Source: Octopus sinensis
Lineage: Eukaryota
DNA: 64,000 nt
Direction: 5' to 3'
Assembly: GCF_006345805.1 (NCBI RefSeq)
Contig: NC_042998.1
Span: 136,028,001 to 136,092,000, forward strand
Shown here: positions 1 through 13,292 of the stretch, piece by piece
Layout: each line of letters opens with the position of its first letter
How positions within the stretch are numbered: the first letter of the stretch is position 1
The notes under the pieces: generated by a model
Told to the model about the DNA's origin: nothing
The model's input: only the letters and a program-made list of their open reading frames with translations
The model's database searches: none
Made by a program: the position numbers and the translations under genes

Positions 1-169
1 CACATGTAAGTATACATAGTTGTTCTTACAAACACATATACACACAAATGTCTATGTAAATGTGTCAGTATAAATACATAATGTATATCTGTGTAGTGCA
101 TGTATGTGTATGTCTGCACATGTATATACAATGCAATCTTGTATTTGTGTGTGCGTATATATATATATA

Positions 170-365
170 CACTTGTGTGTGTGTGTGCATGCGCATGTAT
201 ACATATATATATAAATATACACGTATATTATATGCGCGTGTGTGCTTTTTCTCTGGATTTATGTTTTTTAAAAATTATATATATATATATATATGAGATA
301 TATATATATATATATATATATGAGATATATATATATGAGATATATATATGAGATATATATATATG

Positions 366-392
<27 letters not shown>
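170..392. repeat. Compound (TG)n/(TA)n/(TATATATGAGA)n microsatellite
   Basis: Direct reading: TA runs punctuated by repeated 'gaga' units; explains ORFs 60..296 and 100..351. Confidence 0.95.
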
Positions 393-396
<4 letters not shown>

Positions 397-670
397 TGCA
401 TGGCTTAGTGGTTAAGGTTTGCACTCACGATCTAGCAATTATGATTTCAAATTCCTAGACTGGGTGGTGCATTGTATTCTTGAACAAAACACTTCATCTC
501 ACATTGCTATGCTATGCAATCACTTTGACACCTGTTCAGACAACATCAATTTGATGGCGAGAGAGCTAATGAGTGGCACGAACATTTGATCACTATAAAC
601 AAATCATTTGTGCAAGTCATTCAGCGACAGCTGGATACTCATATGTCGTATTCAATGGGAGAGTTCATCA
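393..670 (+). mobile_element. tRNA-derived SINE (family A)
   Basis: Head 'gagtgcatggcttagtggttaagg...gatttcaaattcc' has A/B-box-like tRNA motifs. Related copies at ~43535-43840 (+), ~55465-55700 (+), ~48400-48690 (-) and ~59860-60130 (-). Confidence 0.8.
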
Positions 671-1065
671 TATATATACACGTGGGTGGGGCAGGCATGG
701 TTGTGTGATTTAGAAGTTTGATTACCAGCCCTGCACCTTAGGCAAGTGTCTTCTAATATAGCCCCAAGCTGACCAAAGCCTTGTGAGTTTGGTAAGCAGA
801 AACTGAAAGGAGCATATCATGTTTGCACACGCATGCATGCGTGCATGTATTTATGTGCAAGAGTCTCCTTGTTTAGATGTCATACAATAGTTGTAAATAA
901 GTTCCACTATATAACAAGTGGTGTCCTTCATTTCCAATATTCAGTGAAAGTGTGTCTGGTCATTGAGAAGTATTACTTTGCTTGGTAACAGATGAAGGTT
1001 GGTAACAGGAAGGGCATTTGGCCATAGAAAATGCGCTGCAACAAATTCCATCTGACCCATGCAAG

Positions 1066-1290
1066 CAGCTCCATTGCATCACTTTCAGAAGCCCCCTGGA
1101 ACGTTTGCAGGTACAATGTATTACCATTTTATTTCCTAAAATTTTCAGTTAACATAGTTTAATTCTTGTTTAACATCTTAACCAAAGTAAATAGATGGCT
1201 TATCTATGTACTTTGGTCTTAACATGGGGCCCCTCAACCACAGAGGCCCCCTGCAATCACAGGGGTTGCAGGGGCTTAGCGACAGCCCTG
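1066..1290 (-). mobile_element. hAT-type MITE inserted in a SINE tail
   Basis: Termini CAG...CTG; right end reads cagggctgtcgctaagcccctgc on the minus strand. Exact 8-bp target-site duplication CATGCAAG at 1058-1065 and 1291-1298. 8-bp TSDs are typical of hAT. Confidence 0.75.
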
Positions 1291-1344
1291 CATGCAAGCA
1301 TGGAATATTGGATGTCAAAATAATAATATATGTATTTGTCTGTG

Positions 1345-1790
1345 TATATGTGTATATTCTTTTATTCTTTTACTTGTTTCAGTCATTTGACTGCAGCCAT
1401 GCTGGGGTACCACCTTAAAGGCTATTTATTCCAGAAATTGACCACGAACTTATTCTTTGTAAGCTTTGTACTTATTCTATTGGTCTCTTTTGCCATTAAG
1501 TTTCAGAGAGAGAAACACACTAACAATGGATGTCAAGTGATGGCATTGAAGACAAACACAGACACAAAGATACACACATAAATATATACATGCATATATA
1601 CATATATATATACACACACACACAAATATATATATACCACGAGCTTCTTTAAGTTTCCACCTACTAAATCCACTAACAAGACTTTGGTTGGCCCAAGGCT
1701 ATAGTAGAAGACACTTGCCCAATGTGTCACACAATGGAACTGAACCCGGAAGCAAGCTTCTAACCACACAGCCAAATCTGGGCCTATATA
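1345..1790 (-). mobile_element. Abundant tRNA-derived SINE with internal microsatellite (family B)
   Basis: Recurrent motifs 'cttgtttcagtcatt..gactgcagccatgctgg' and 'ggctatagtagaagacacttgccc'. Further copies near 690-870, 2720-2960, 4010-4140, 5150-5760, 7000-7140, 8960-9090, 11390-11740, 14465-14900, 29725-30490, 41065-41500, 56500-56700 and 62270-62430. Confidence 0.85.
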
Positions 1791-2235
1791 CACACACCAC
1801 ACTAATACATACAGAGAGATACTCAAATGCATGTGTGTGTATGCGTGTGTCTGTGTGTGTGCATGTATGTGTGTGTGTGCGCGCGTGCGTGTGTGTGTTA
1901 AAGTGCGCTTGCATTTGACTTAAAATAAACACTAGTTTGTTGTGTGAAGATTAAAGTTGCTACTGAAGAATTCTAGGTTAAATTCTTACCTAAATTCAAC
2001 AATGGAACAGAGTTTTTTTTAATTACTTGAACTTAATGGCTTAGAGATAGAAAAAAAACAACCATGTGGAAGTGTGAACACAGAGGGTTTCAGCACAACT
2101 AATTGGAAAAACATTAAATGTATTGTAATTTCTAAAAGAACCATGAGCAAAGCAAAAAGAAACCTGAGTGTTATTGCAGTTATTTTTTAAATTGTAATTC
2201 AATAAAAACTTTTCATTTTTGTAGCTGTTGCCAGG

Positions 2236-2620
2236 AGCATGATCTTTCGAATGTTGGGCCTCAGAGAAGTGATTACAAGTTACCGAGACCTTTGGCAATG
2301 TTGTGCTGAGAAGACTTGTCAAACCAAATGAAATAGTAGTCGTAGTTGTAGCCATTGCTGCTGTCACATAAATGGCACCCTGCCGATGTCGTGTAGATGG
2401 AACCCATGAAATTGTAGTTGTGGCTGTTGCTGGTGTCATGTAAGTGGCACCTGTGCCAGTGGCATGTAATGGCATCCATTACACTTTTGGAGTAGTTAGC
2501 ATTAGGAAGGACATCCAGCCAGAGAAACCATGCCACATCAGACTGGCTTACCAGTTCCAGTCAAACCATCTAACACATGCCAGCATGGAAAGTGGACATT
2601 AAATGATGATGATGATATTT
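2236..2620 (+). mobile_element. RTE-clade LINE 3' end with (GAT)n tail
   Basis: Residual HDLRMLGLREVITSYRDLWQ..EKTCQTK* matches the RTE C-terminus also seen at ~21190-21270; ends in gtggacattaaatgatgatgat. Confidence 0.7.
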
Positions 2621-3021
2621 GATTTCCAAGATTCTTGACGTAAATTTGTCTTTTGAAACATATTGTATCTTGAGAGGGTCATTATGCCAACGAACATACA
2701 CACTAGTTCTATTTCACTTCTGTCACTTGTTTCAGTCACTGGGCTGCAGCCATACTGGGGCCACATTTTAAATGGTTTTTGGTCAAATAAATCAACCCCA
2801 GTACTTATTTTTCTTTTTAAATATTATACTTTTTCCATTAGTCACTTTGCTAAACTACTAGGTTGCAGGGACATAAAAAAACCCCAACACAGGTTGTCAA
2901 GCAGTGTGGTTGGGACAAACACAGACAGAAAGACATACACATAGATACACACACACACACACATAGTCCCACCCATGCTAGCATTGAAGGCAGATGTTAA
3001 ACGATGATGACGACAATGATT

Positions 3022-3059
<38 letters not shown>

Positions 3060-3061
<2 letters not shown>

Positions 3062-3923
3062 CAGGATGCAATGGGTAAATTGTCACCATTTTATATTTTT
3101 AATTTCACACATGCGCATTGTTTGTTTTTGATTTTATTAACTATACAGTGTAGGAGGGACAGTTGAGCACCATCAGTGAGAAAAACATGATGCAATTCAC
3201 TCTGCCAGAAATTTGGAAATGACATGCTGTACTGCTTGGCATTCACGCCAGAAGCTCTACTACAAACATTTCAGAGTGTTTGGGTGTCAATCTGAGGATG
3301 TGTACCAAGAGTGATAAAAGTCAAGCATCCAGTCAACATCATGGTGTTTGGAGTGATCACTAGTGATAGTGATGTTATGCCTCCATTCATCTTCCCACAT
3401 GGCCTCAGACTCAACACAGAAGTCTACAGCAAATGCCTGGAGGAGGTAGTGCTGCCCTGGGTCAAGAGGGTGGCTGCTGGAAGACCCCGTTTCTGGCAAC
3501 AGGACTCTGCACCATGCCACACAAGCAGAAGAACCCAGTCGTGGCTGTCAGACAATTTCTGCTACCACATCACCCCTAACATCTGGCCACCTAACTCCCC
3601 AGACTGCAACCCCCTTAGTTATTATGTGTAGGGTGCAGTTCAGTGAGAGACCAACAAAACTCCTTGTAACCAGAGATGAACTGAAGGCAAGGATTATGGC
3701 AGCATTCACTAACTTGAACAAGGAGACTGTCCAGAAGAGTTGCAGGAGATTCCAAAGTCGTTTGGAGGCCATGGCTGAAACCAATGGTGATTTTATTGAA
3801 TAAATTTACTCTTTATTTCAAGATATTTATATGTAATTTTGGTAAATATATCTGTTAAATTGAGAAGTCAGTGTTATTTTTGTTCATGTAATTTAGACGA
3901 CAGTTTATTCCCTGCAACCTGTG
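3060..3923 (+). mobile_element. Internally deleted maT/DD37D (Tc1-mariner superfamily) transposon; transposase pseudogene
   Basis: ORF 3311..3631 has IMVFGVITSD and QQDSAPCH...WPPNSPDCNPL, with 37 residues from the second Asp to the third catalytic position (here Ser). Degenerate TIRs tacaggatgcaatgggtaaattgtc / gacagtttattccctgcaacctgtg. Confidence 0.88.
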
Positions 3924-5372
3924 TATGTGTGTGTGTGTGTGTGTACAGACACACACACATATATATATAGAGAGAGAAAGATAAATATAAATATAAATAT
4001 ATATATATGATGAGCTTCCACACAGTTTCTATCTACCAAATTCACTCACAAGGCATTGATTGACCCATGGCCATAGTAGAAGACACTTGTCCAAGATGCT
4101 GCACAATGGAACTAAACCCAAAGAAGCACATCATAGCTACATAGCAAGCTAACTAATTAACTAATAGATTGGTTAATTCATTCTATCAATCCATAAGCTA
4201 CAATTGACAAAGTTCTTTTGTCACCACAGTTATGCACATACATGTGGTAAAATGCATACACATAGTGGTGTGCATCAGCAACATACAAGCATACACACAT
4301 ACATATATAGAGTCATTAACGATCTTATAAAACTTGTAGTATTTTTATTTCTTTTTTCTTTTCTCTTTTATTTTAGTGGTAGATGGCAGTGGTGGTGCAG
4401 TGGCTACTTTTTAACAGTATTTCTTTTCATTAACTGATGGTTTCCATCACAGTATTAAGAGATGGTTTCCGTTTATTTAATTGTGTAAATTCTGTGGTAA
4501 AGATGCATCATATGAAGGTATCAAAATAATTTTTATGTCTACATAAAAACTTATGTAATTAGAATAATCAAAATGACTTCTTTCTTTTTCTTTTTCACAT
4601 CAATTTTATACCCCAATTAGCATGGGTTTGATGGATTAGTAAATTCTAACATTCAACACTATGGATAAATGAATACATCTCTTTACATTAGCTTCACATT
4701 AAGTTTGTTTTCTGTTCAGTAGGCTGAAATCAAATAGAACACTTGTTCTGGTCCAGTGAATTTCCAAAGGGGAGTAGCTACATAGCAGAAGCAGCCTTCC
4801 TATTAGAACATGCTGGCATTGCAATAAGATTAATGAGAAGTGAATATAAATTGTAAAATTAATTGAAAATATTCTGACCTTTACTGAGTTTAGAGTGAGA
4901 AGCATGAAGCCCTCAGAGTGTTCAGTAGACCATCACCTTAACCCTTTAGCACTTAAACCACCCATATCTGTCTGTTTCATGTTCTATGTGGCCAGCTCCA
5001 GTCTCTCACATCTGCCCTACAATGTCATTCTAGAAATAAACAGTTACATCATTGAAATTTCAAAGCTACAAGATAACACATGATTAATATAAAACGATGT
5101 GAATGTTAAAGGGTTGAACTCACAACCAATATGTTTCCTGTTTATCTTATATCTTTTACTTGTTTCAGTTATTAGACTGCAGCCATGCTGGGGCACCATC
5201 TTAAAAAATTTTAGTTGAACAAATCAACTGTAGTACTTATTTTTTAAGCCTGATACTTATTCTCTCATTCCGTTTTGCCAAACTGCTAAGTTACAAGAAT
5301 GTAAACACACCAACACTGGTTGATAAGCAGTGTTGGGAAACATACATACAGACACAAAGACACACACATTTT

Positions 5373-5403
<31 letters not shown>

Positions 5404-5924
5404 CATCATCATCCTCATTTAATGTCTGCTTTCCTTGCTGCCATGGGTTGGATGGTTTGACTGAGAACTGGCAAGCCAGGATACTGCACCAGGCTCCAAA
5501 GACAGGCTTCTTTCAGTTTCTGTCTACCAAGTCCACTCACAAGGCTTTGGTGAACCCGAGGCTATAGTAGAATATTTTGGCCAGATATGATTGGATTAAA
5601 TGCCAAAGGGTTAAAAGTGAAGACATGGTTAAGAAGTTTATTTCCCAACCATGTGGTTTCAAGCTCCCACAGCATGGCAAGTATTTTCTACTATTATCCC
5701 AGAATAAACAAAACCTTGTGAGTGGATTTGGTATATGAAAACTGAAAGAAGCTGTTCATATAGACTAAGGGGTGAACCACTGGTAATCCTGAAATACTTG
5801 CTGATGACAGGGAAGGGTCTCCAACACTGCAATGGATTTAGAAGAGCTTGCAAAACTTTTGAGTAGTTCCTGCAGTTTTTGCATGGGGCAAAGCATTTCT
5901 GATGTTTATTTCACCATGAATGGG

Positions 5925-5965
<41 letters not shown>

Positions 5966-8905
5966 GAGTATGTGTTTGCATCTCTTTGACTTGACATTGT
6001 GCGAGTGTTGTAACTAAGTGTCACCATCTTACAAATGGTCTTGTTCATTTTCAGTCTTCCATGAAAAACATATCAGGCCATGAGAAAATATCTATCTTTC
6101 TTGGAATGCATAAGGGTTGGTGACAAGAAAGGCATCTGGTCATACAAAATCTGCCTTGACATATCTCATTTAACCCATACAAGCATAGAAAAGTGGACGT
6201 TAAAATAATGATGTTAATTATCTGCTGGATATTATGTATTCGAAAATCCCGAATATTCTATCTTAGATTTATTATAGAGCATAAACCAAGGGAGCTTATG
6301 TGCAGTTGCTCAACCTGCTAGGAATACCAACCAAATCTGCCTCCAATTACACCCTACTGTCTCAAAATACGCAAGGATACATAAGTCAGTACAGTACCTG
6401 ATATAAGAAAAAATATCTGATGAGTAGATCATGGCTGGAATGCCTTTGATTATAAGTCTGGGTTGACCTGGGACCAAACAGTAGCAATAATAATACTGAA
6501 CATTTGTTTATTTTTATGTCAGAGCTCTGACCAGAGTTATTTAACAAAAAGTCAATCATCTTATAGATTGATGATAATTGATCTCTTCTTATTTAGAACA
6601 GCAGGCAGTTCTTAGAGGAGAGGCAATTAGTCAATTAAGTCAACATTAGTAAATTACTAATACTTATTTTATCATAATTAGGAGGATTGACAACCATACG
6701 CAATTAAAACTCTACACCATGATATTACATATCATCATCGTCATCATCGTCATTATCATCATTGTTTTAATGTCCACTTTTCCATGCTTATATGGGTCAA
6801 ATAGAATTCATTGGGACAGATTTTTCTAAAGTTGAAACCCCCTTCTTGTCACCTACAACTCTCAACTGTTCTCAGTCGACATAATACTTCCCTATCAGCA
6901 GCCATGTTTTCATGGAAGACTGGAAACGAATGACACAGCATGTATGATGGTGACACTCATTTACAACTATCACACAATATCAAGTCAAAGAGAAAGAAAG
7001 AGAGAGACATACACACACAACAGGCTTCTTTCAGTTTCCGCCTATCAAATCCACCTATAAGGCTTTGGTTAGCTTAGGGCTATAGTAGAAGACACTTACC
7101 CAAGATGCCATGCAGGTACCTCTACTCTACCATGGTGATTTCTCACATTAACACAAGGACACAAAGTTGTAGGAGAGAGGTACTGAAGATTGATTTGGGG
7201 TAAAAAAAAGTAGTGGCTAGAGACAGGCTGGATGCTATACTTACCCCATATTTCTGTTGAAATATGCTACCTTTCATCATCATTTGATGTCTATTTTCCA
7301 TGCTTGACTGGTTTGACTGGGGCTTGTAAGCCAGAGAGCTGCACCAGGTTCCAGTCATTTGTTTTGGCTTGGTTTCTACAGCCAGATGCCCTTCCTAACA
7401 CCAACCACTTTACAGAGTGTACAGGGTGCTTTTTACATGGCACCAGCATGGGTGCCTTTTACATGTCACTGGCTCATGTGCCTTTTATGTGTCAGTGATA
7501 TTGTTTCCATCTACAATATGATGTCAAGACAAAGAGACAATAACACAAGACAAGGAGATAATAATACACCCACATACATGCACACCCAGAGTTTGTCTAC
7601 TAAATTCCACTGAGAAGACACTGGTCAACCAAATGCTGTTGTAGAATACACTTGATTGACCAAGATACTCATGATGAGATTGAACACACAATTACATTTG
7701 TGAAACAAACTTCTTAGCCAGGTATAGTTATGCTTCTAGTTTTCACAGCTACAGAACTAATACAAACATTTTCCTTGTGTTCAATAAATAAACACAAAAA
7801 AAATCTGATTTATCAACCCACTCTCACCCATCTTATTTTTTATAATCTTCAAAGTACCATGCTGACCATCTTTCACTGAGAGAAATTATAAGTAAGGAGA
7901 CAAAGGGAAAAAAAATCAATTCTGACATTCTTTTGTAGGATCAATGTTTCATTTATTTTGAAGAGATATGAATGCATATGTGGAGTGATTATTCATACAA
8001 GAAGGTCAGCATGTGATTTTGGGATTCAGAGATCAGAGAATAAGTCTGTTGAATATCATCAATCGGTGATACAATACATGTCACTAGAAACATGGAGACA
8101 TGACAAAATCTCTGATATAAATACAGATAAGGAGACCTGCTTGCCATAAAATAGCAGCATTAACATTATATCATTGTATAGCTATCTTGATAATTCGAGG
8201 TCTAGAGATAGATAGTACCTCAATACATTACAAATAAGAGACACACAAGCCTGTAAGCTATCAAGAATGTGGTATTAAATAGTAACCTACATTCTAAGTA
8301 AATACTATCAATAAGTATTAATAACTATGAAAAAAAAAACAAGATTTCAACAAAGGTAAAAAAAAATATAAAATAAATAAAGATAAAAGAAATATCTATA
8401 CAATTGCATAGAAATTAGGGTTAAAATCTTTATGGAATTATCAATTGAATCTTAACATGGTAAATTAAAATCCTTAATTAAGTTGGTGTAAATAAATTTA
8501 ATGCAGGGAATTATTTTAATTCTGTCAGTGTGAGAGAGAGGTGTGTTGTGGTCTTATCATGCCATCATCAGTGAAGCACAGATTTTAACATAGTTGCCAA
8601 AAGAGAGTTGAGAGAATCACTAAGTAAATGTACAAGACTGTAGGCTTGTTGGCAGAGAAAACCAGACCTGATCAGAAAAACCATCCACATGAGAAATACT
8701 TAAGATAATGTTTATTTTATTATAATGATAAATATGTGTTAATATGTATGTATGTGATCAAAAGATACCCTTCTACAACCCTCCCTGGGTCAAACAATAG
8801 AAACTGTTATTTTTAAAAATATCAAGAACAAAGTACAACCTTCATGTCAAAATGGAATTGAGCTAGAGACCTTTAGATACCAAGTCTAATGTTCCCTCAA
8901 ATCAT

Positions 8906-8938
<33 letters not shown>

Positions 8939-9327
8939 GGGAGGGAGTATGTATGTAAATGATGGTCCTCCAGTTTCCATCAATCAAATCCACTTATAAG
9001 GGTTTGGTCGGCCTGGGGCTATAGTAAAAGACACTAAACCTAAGACCATATAACTGGGAAGGAAACTTCTTAACCATACAGCTATGCCTGGATTTATAAA
9101 CTTACAGAGATAATAGAACTGATGTAGTTTTGCAAACTGACTTTTTAACACTAAACCGGACATGTTAGGGTTTGGTAAACACAGACACATGCATGTGACA
9201 CAATTCTAATTTTGCTCAACCTGGTGAAAATAACAGATATAAATCTTCCCTAAAGTAATGGCCACTTAGAACAATATAGTTCCTGATATACAAAGAGACT
9301 GTTATGACTTGAATGACATAATTGCTT

Positions 9328-9411
9328 TTAGTTATAACCGATCAGCGACAACACAACAGCACTGAAGTTAGATTCAAGAAAATGAAGATGACCACTGTAC
9401 ACTTGCATGGC
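9328..9411 (-). other. Candidate downstream exon of the minus-strand transcript (coding frame uncertain)
   Basis: Acceptor ttttgttgctatatattgcag|GCCATG; non-repetitive, retains CpG. All three frames close within 12-28 codons (phase 0: AMQVYSGHLHFLESNFSAVVLSLIGYN*). Confidence 0.25.
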
Positions 9412-10409
9412 CTGCAATATATAGCAACAAAATTTTCCTCAAGTCACAATTAGAAAAGGATACATAGAAAAATGTAATCCCAAGTATACAAACAGTAAGT
9501 GAATATACAAATATATTATATAACTCATTTATTTATTTCACTCAGTAAACTGTGGCCATGCTGGGGGTATCATCTTTAATAAGTTTAATCAATCAAATTG
9601 CCACCAGAACATATTTTTTTCCTTTTTTTCTTTTAAGTCTGACATTTATATCAATCTTCTTTTTTGCTGAATCATAATGTTGCATGAACACAAATACACC
9701 ATCATCAGTTGTTAAGCAGTGACATACAAACACAGAGAAGAACACATATATATACACATTTACATCCATATATACACTCATTATTAAATTAAAAATTAAT
9801 TATTAGTAGATTATAGTCTTTCATCTTATATGCTAGTACTTAAGATTTATGAGTTTGTCACAGTAAGTTTCTTAGATTATTTATTAGTATATAATTTATA
9901 TTAGATGATTTACTAATAATTATGTTTATGCTGCATTTCATATTATATATCATGTTTAAGGTTTATACAATTATTTGTGTTTTGTGTACCAGATACAAGC
10001 ATTTTAATTTGCTTATTAATTAGTGTTAAACTATTTTGTAACCTGTTTAACAGCATCAGAAATTAGTATTTAATTATTTATATAAGTTTATTGGTAAACA
10101 TTTATTTGTGAGTGTGTTTTTGTTTTTGATTTTTTTTTTGTCACATATATTAGTGTTTGTGATTTATGAATTTCATTGGAGCATGTTCTTATATTCTATT
10201 TATTCGCATCTAATTATAAAAGTCAATTTAGCAGTAATTATGATTTATGTTTCATTTTGCAATATATGTTGTATTTATCGTTTATATATAAATGATTTGT
10301 AGTCAAGGTAGAAGCATTTTATTTTTATATTCCCAAATAGTATTCAGTTATTTTTCTAAGGCTGTTTTTAATGTTTACTTTTCCATGCTTGCATGGATTG
10401 GACACATTT

Positions 10410-11235
10410 TATTAGGTCATCCCATAAGTTTTGTCCAATTTTCCCTTTTTTAAAATTGAGTGAAATTTAATAGTATTTTAGAATGTCTAATGGAATTAGA
10501 AATTATTTTTATGCATTTGTGTACATTTAAACTAATTAAATATTATTTTACAGAATAATAGAATTAGAATTTCTTTGATTAAAAGCCTTTCTAACATGGA
10601 AAAATCCAAAGAGCATTTAAAGCACATAATGCTTTATGAGTACAAAAAAGGAAACTCTGCAGCCAAAGCGACTCGAAATATACACTCAGTTTATGGGAAA
10701 GAATGCTTGAATGAAAAAACTTGCAGAAGATGGTTTGCAAAATTCAGAAGTGGAGATTTCAGCCTTGAAGATGAAGATCGAACAGGACGTCCAATCTTGA
10801 GGCATTACTTGAAGAAAATCCTATCAGTTGAAGAATTGGCGATAAAGCTTAGTTCAAATCATACAACTGTTCATTGTCATCTTCAACAACTTGGAAAGGT
10901 TCCTAAACTTGGAAAATGGGTGCCTCATGAATTGTCCGAAAGCAACTGCAAATCCTGAGTTGACATCTGCTCTTCCTTCCATTCTCACGAACTCATTTCA
11001 CCCTTTTTTTAATAGACTTGTGACTGGTGACAAAAAATAGATCTTCTATTGAAATGTTAAACATCATAAACAATGGCTTGCTAAAAGGGAAAACGCTCGA
11101 CCAGAACCGTGAAGGGAACTTCAAGGGAAAAAAGTTCTTCTCTCTATCTGGTGGGATTGCAAGGGAGTAATTCACTTTGAAGTGTTACCACCTAATGCAA
11201 CAATCAATGCTCAAGTCTACTGTCAGCAATTAGAG
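10410..11235 (+). mobile_element. Mariner (DD34D-type) transposon remnant; transposase pseudogene
   Basis: 5' TIR tattaggtcatcccataag. ORF 10575..10958 has HTH region ..RRWFAKFRSGDFSLEDEDRTGRP and the WVPHEL motif; the TGD(E)K and IWWD motifs follow in broken frames. Confidence 0.92.
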
Positions 11236-11820
11236 CATTTGAACCAAGCTTTGAAGAAAGCTTTATATCTCTTAACCCACACTTAACTCAAAGCTTTCCA
11301 TACAAAGAATTTTCCAGTAACATTTTCTTCTATCTTTTACTTACTTCAATAAAATTTACTAAAACACTTCAAGGCACCACTCTAAAGAGTTTTAGTTGAC
11401 TAAATCAACCCAAGTACTTACTTTTAAAATCTGGTACTTGTTCTATTGGTCTCTATAGCTCAGTTATTAAGTTATAGGGATGTAAACAAACCAACACTGG
11501 TCATTGAGCAGTGAAGTGAAGGAAAAACACAACTATAAAGACACACACACACACAATGTTTATAATGTTTGTATGATGGTCTTTCACACAGTTTCTGTCA
11601 ACTAAATTCACTCACAAAGCATTAGTTGGCCTGGGGCTATAATAGAAGACAGTTGCTCAATGTTCTGTGTAAAGGGACTGAACCTGAAACCTCAAGGTTA
11701 CAAAGTGTACTTCTTAACTACACAGCAATATTTGCATACCTGCATCTATATGTTTAAAAATAATTTAAAAGAGTATCATATTTAGAAAGAAAGCATTTTT
11801 TTTTTTTTTGCTTTCCTTAC

Positions 11821-11834
11821 CATTTCTGCTATTC
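11821..11834 (-). CDS. Candidate 14-nt microexon GAATAGCAGAAATG
   Basis: Acceptor ttttgttttgtttagttttctcttcag| and donor ATG|gtaagg flank only 14 nt of unique sequence. Open for phase 1 (GIAEM) and phase 2 (TNSRN) entry. Confidence 0.45.
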
Positions 11835-13018
11835 CTGAAGAGAAAACTAAACAAAACAAAAAATATAAACTTTTTAGAAGATTTTGAAATTCCTATAGCT
11901 TTCAAAATTTTTACGAAAATTTTTCACATAACTAAAATCAATTTGAAATATGACTGAGAATATCAATTGTCAATTTAACTTTTTTCCCTTTTTTCTGAAA
12001 AGAGCTGTAAGGAATCTGTGAGATTATTATTGATATTGATATTTAATTAACAGATAAGATTATTTCTAAGCAAATGCCTTACTGAAATATAACTGCAGTG
12101 GGTGTGTAATTCTAAAATATGTCAGTTACAAAACATTTTCCAACAAAATGACACCATTTTTTCCCCTCTCACATCACAATTTAATGTTTCTTTTTCATCA
12201 TTTCACCTGGTTCTTTTAAAAGACAAGTTAATTTCCTTTCACCAAGACTCAACTTCCATTTATTTGTGGAAGAAATGCATGCTCTGATATTTTGGTATTT
12301 CATTTGAGGGTCTTTCTTTGTTATTTTTTTTTTTACTTAACTTAATTTTTCAACAAATTCCTAAATAATGAGTAGAAACAGTTATCTATCAATAAGTAAT
12401 GATTTTTCTGACATTCTTTCTTCAATGATATATGGAAATATCCAATATTATCCAATATTTTGTCATTATTTTCACTAACTCTCTCTTTCTCTCTCAGTTC
12501 TAAATAATAGCATTATCATTCCTTTTCATTTAAATACTGAACTGTGTAAAATCCAATACTTGACAGTAAAAGAACAGATACAAAACTTCAAACACACAGA
12601 CTTGAACAGATTTTTAAGTTCAGTATATCTCTTCTTTACTAATTCTCTTCTAAAGTATCAGAAATTATTTCTGCTGCTGTTGTTGTTGTTTCAGTATTAC
12701 AAGCTAACTCTGCTTGATGTGACTCAGTATAAAGGTAACTGATAGAATTAAATATTTATTAAACATTTTGTTACCAAGATCATCTTGCCTTTATTGGATA
12801 GTAACCTAATATTTAGAACATCAAATATACAGATTCTACTTTAAAGATTATGTGAACATTTGTTTGTTTGTCTTTTGATGAGTGGGGTGAAGGAAGACTG
12901 ACATCAGTTCAATAAGTATCTAGCTCTGTCATTGGTTCAAATTAATAAAAATCTAATAATCTTCTGATTTTTTCAGATTAATTGGTGACACTCCAGACAC
13001 TAATGACACCATAATCCA

Positions 13019-13280
13019 ACAGTCCCAAACCATCTTTTTTTTTTTTTTGCACCATGGACTGGTTTCATGCAAGACAATTTTTCCACAGATCAGAAAATCA
13101 TACACATAACAAAACACAATAAAGTACATAATATATAATTTAATTATTACACATATAATACATATACAATGCAAAAACAACCAGCAAATTGTGATAGTTA
13201 ATGAAATAAAATATTTTAAAAATTTATTCTTCCTGTGGTACCAAATGATTCACAGCCTCATAGTTGGGAACCCCAACTGT
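13019..13280 (+). mobile_element. hAT-Charlie-like non-autonomous element
   Basis: 5' end 'cagtcccaaacc..ttttgcaccatggactggtttcatgcaagacaatttttccacaga' resembles Charlie/MER1-type subterminal sequence, recalled from memory. Confidence 0.5.
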
Positions 13281-13292
13281 TGACAAATTAAT

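Noticed and set aside
393-470. tRNA-like sequences at SINE heads (also 43430-43500, 53945-54030, 55465-55540)
   Set aside because: They continue into SINE bodies and lack a complete cloverleaf or acceptor stem, so they are not tRNA genes.
1992-2131. Minus-strand donor TAG|gtaaga with several upstream acceptors
   Set aside because: All frames close and the acceptor is ambiguous. It could be a non-coding exon but cannot be supported from sequence alone.
2225-2330. Plus-strand acceptor (ttttgtag) followed by VARSMIFRMLGLREVITSYRDLWQCC
   Set aside because: The sequence is the RTE LINE C-terminus, not a host exon.
9790-10330. NUMT call
   Set aside because: No recognisable ND, COX, CYTB or rRNA motif in any frame; kept only as a low-interest finding.
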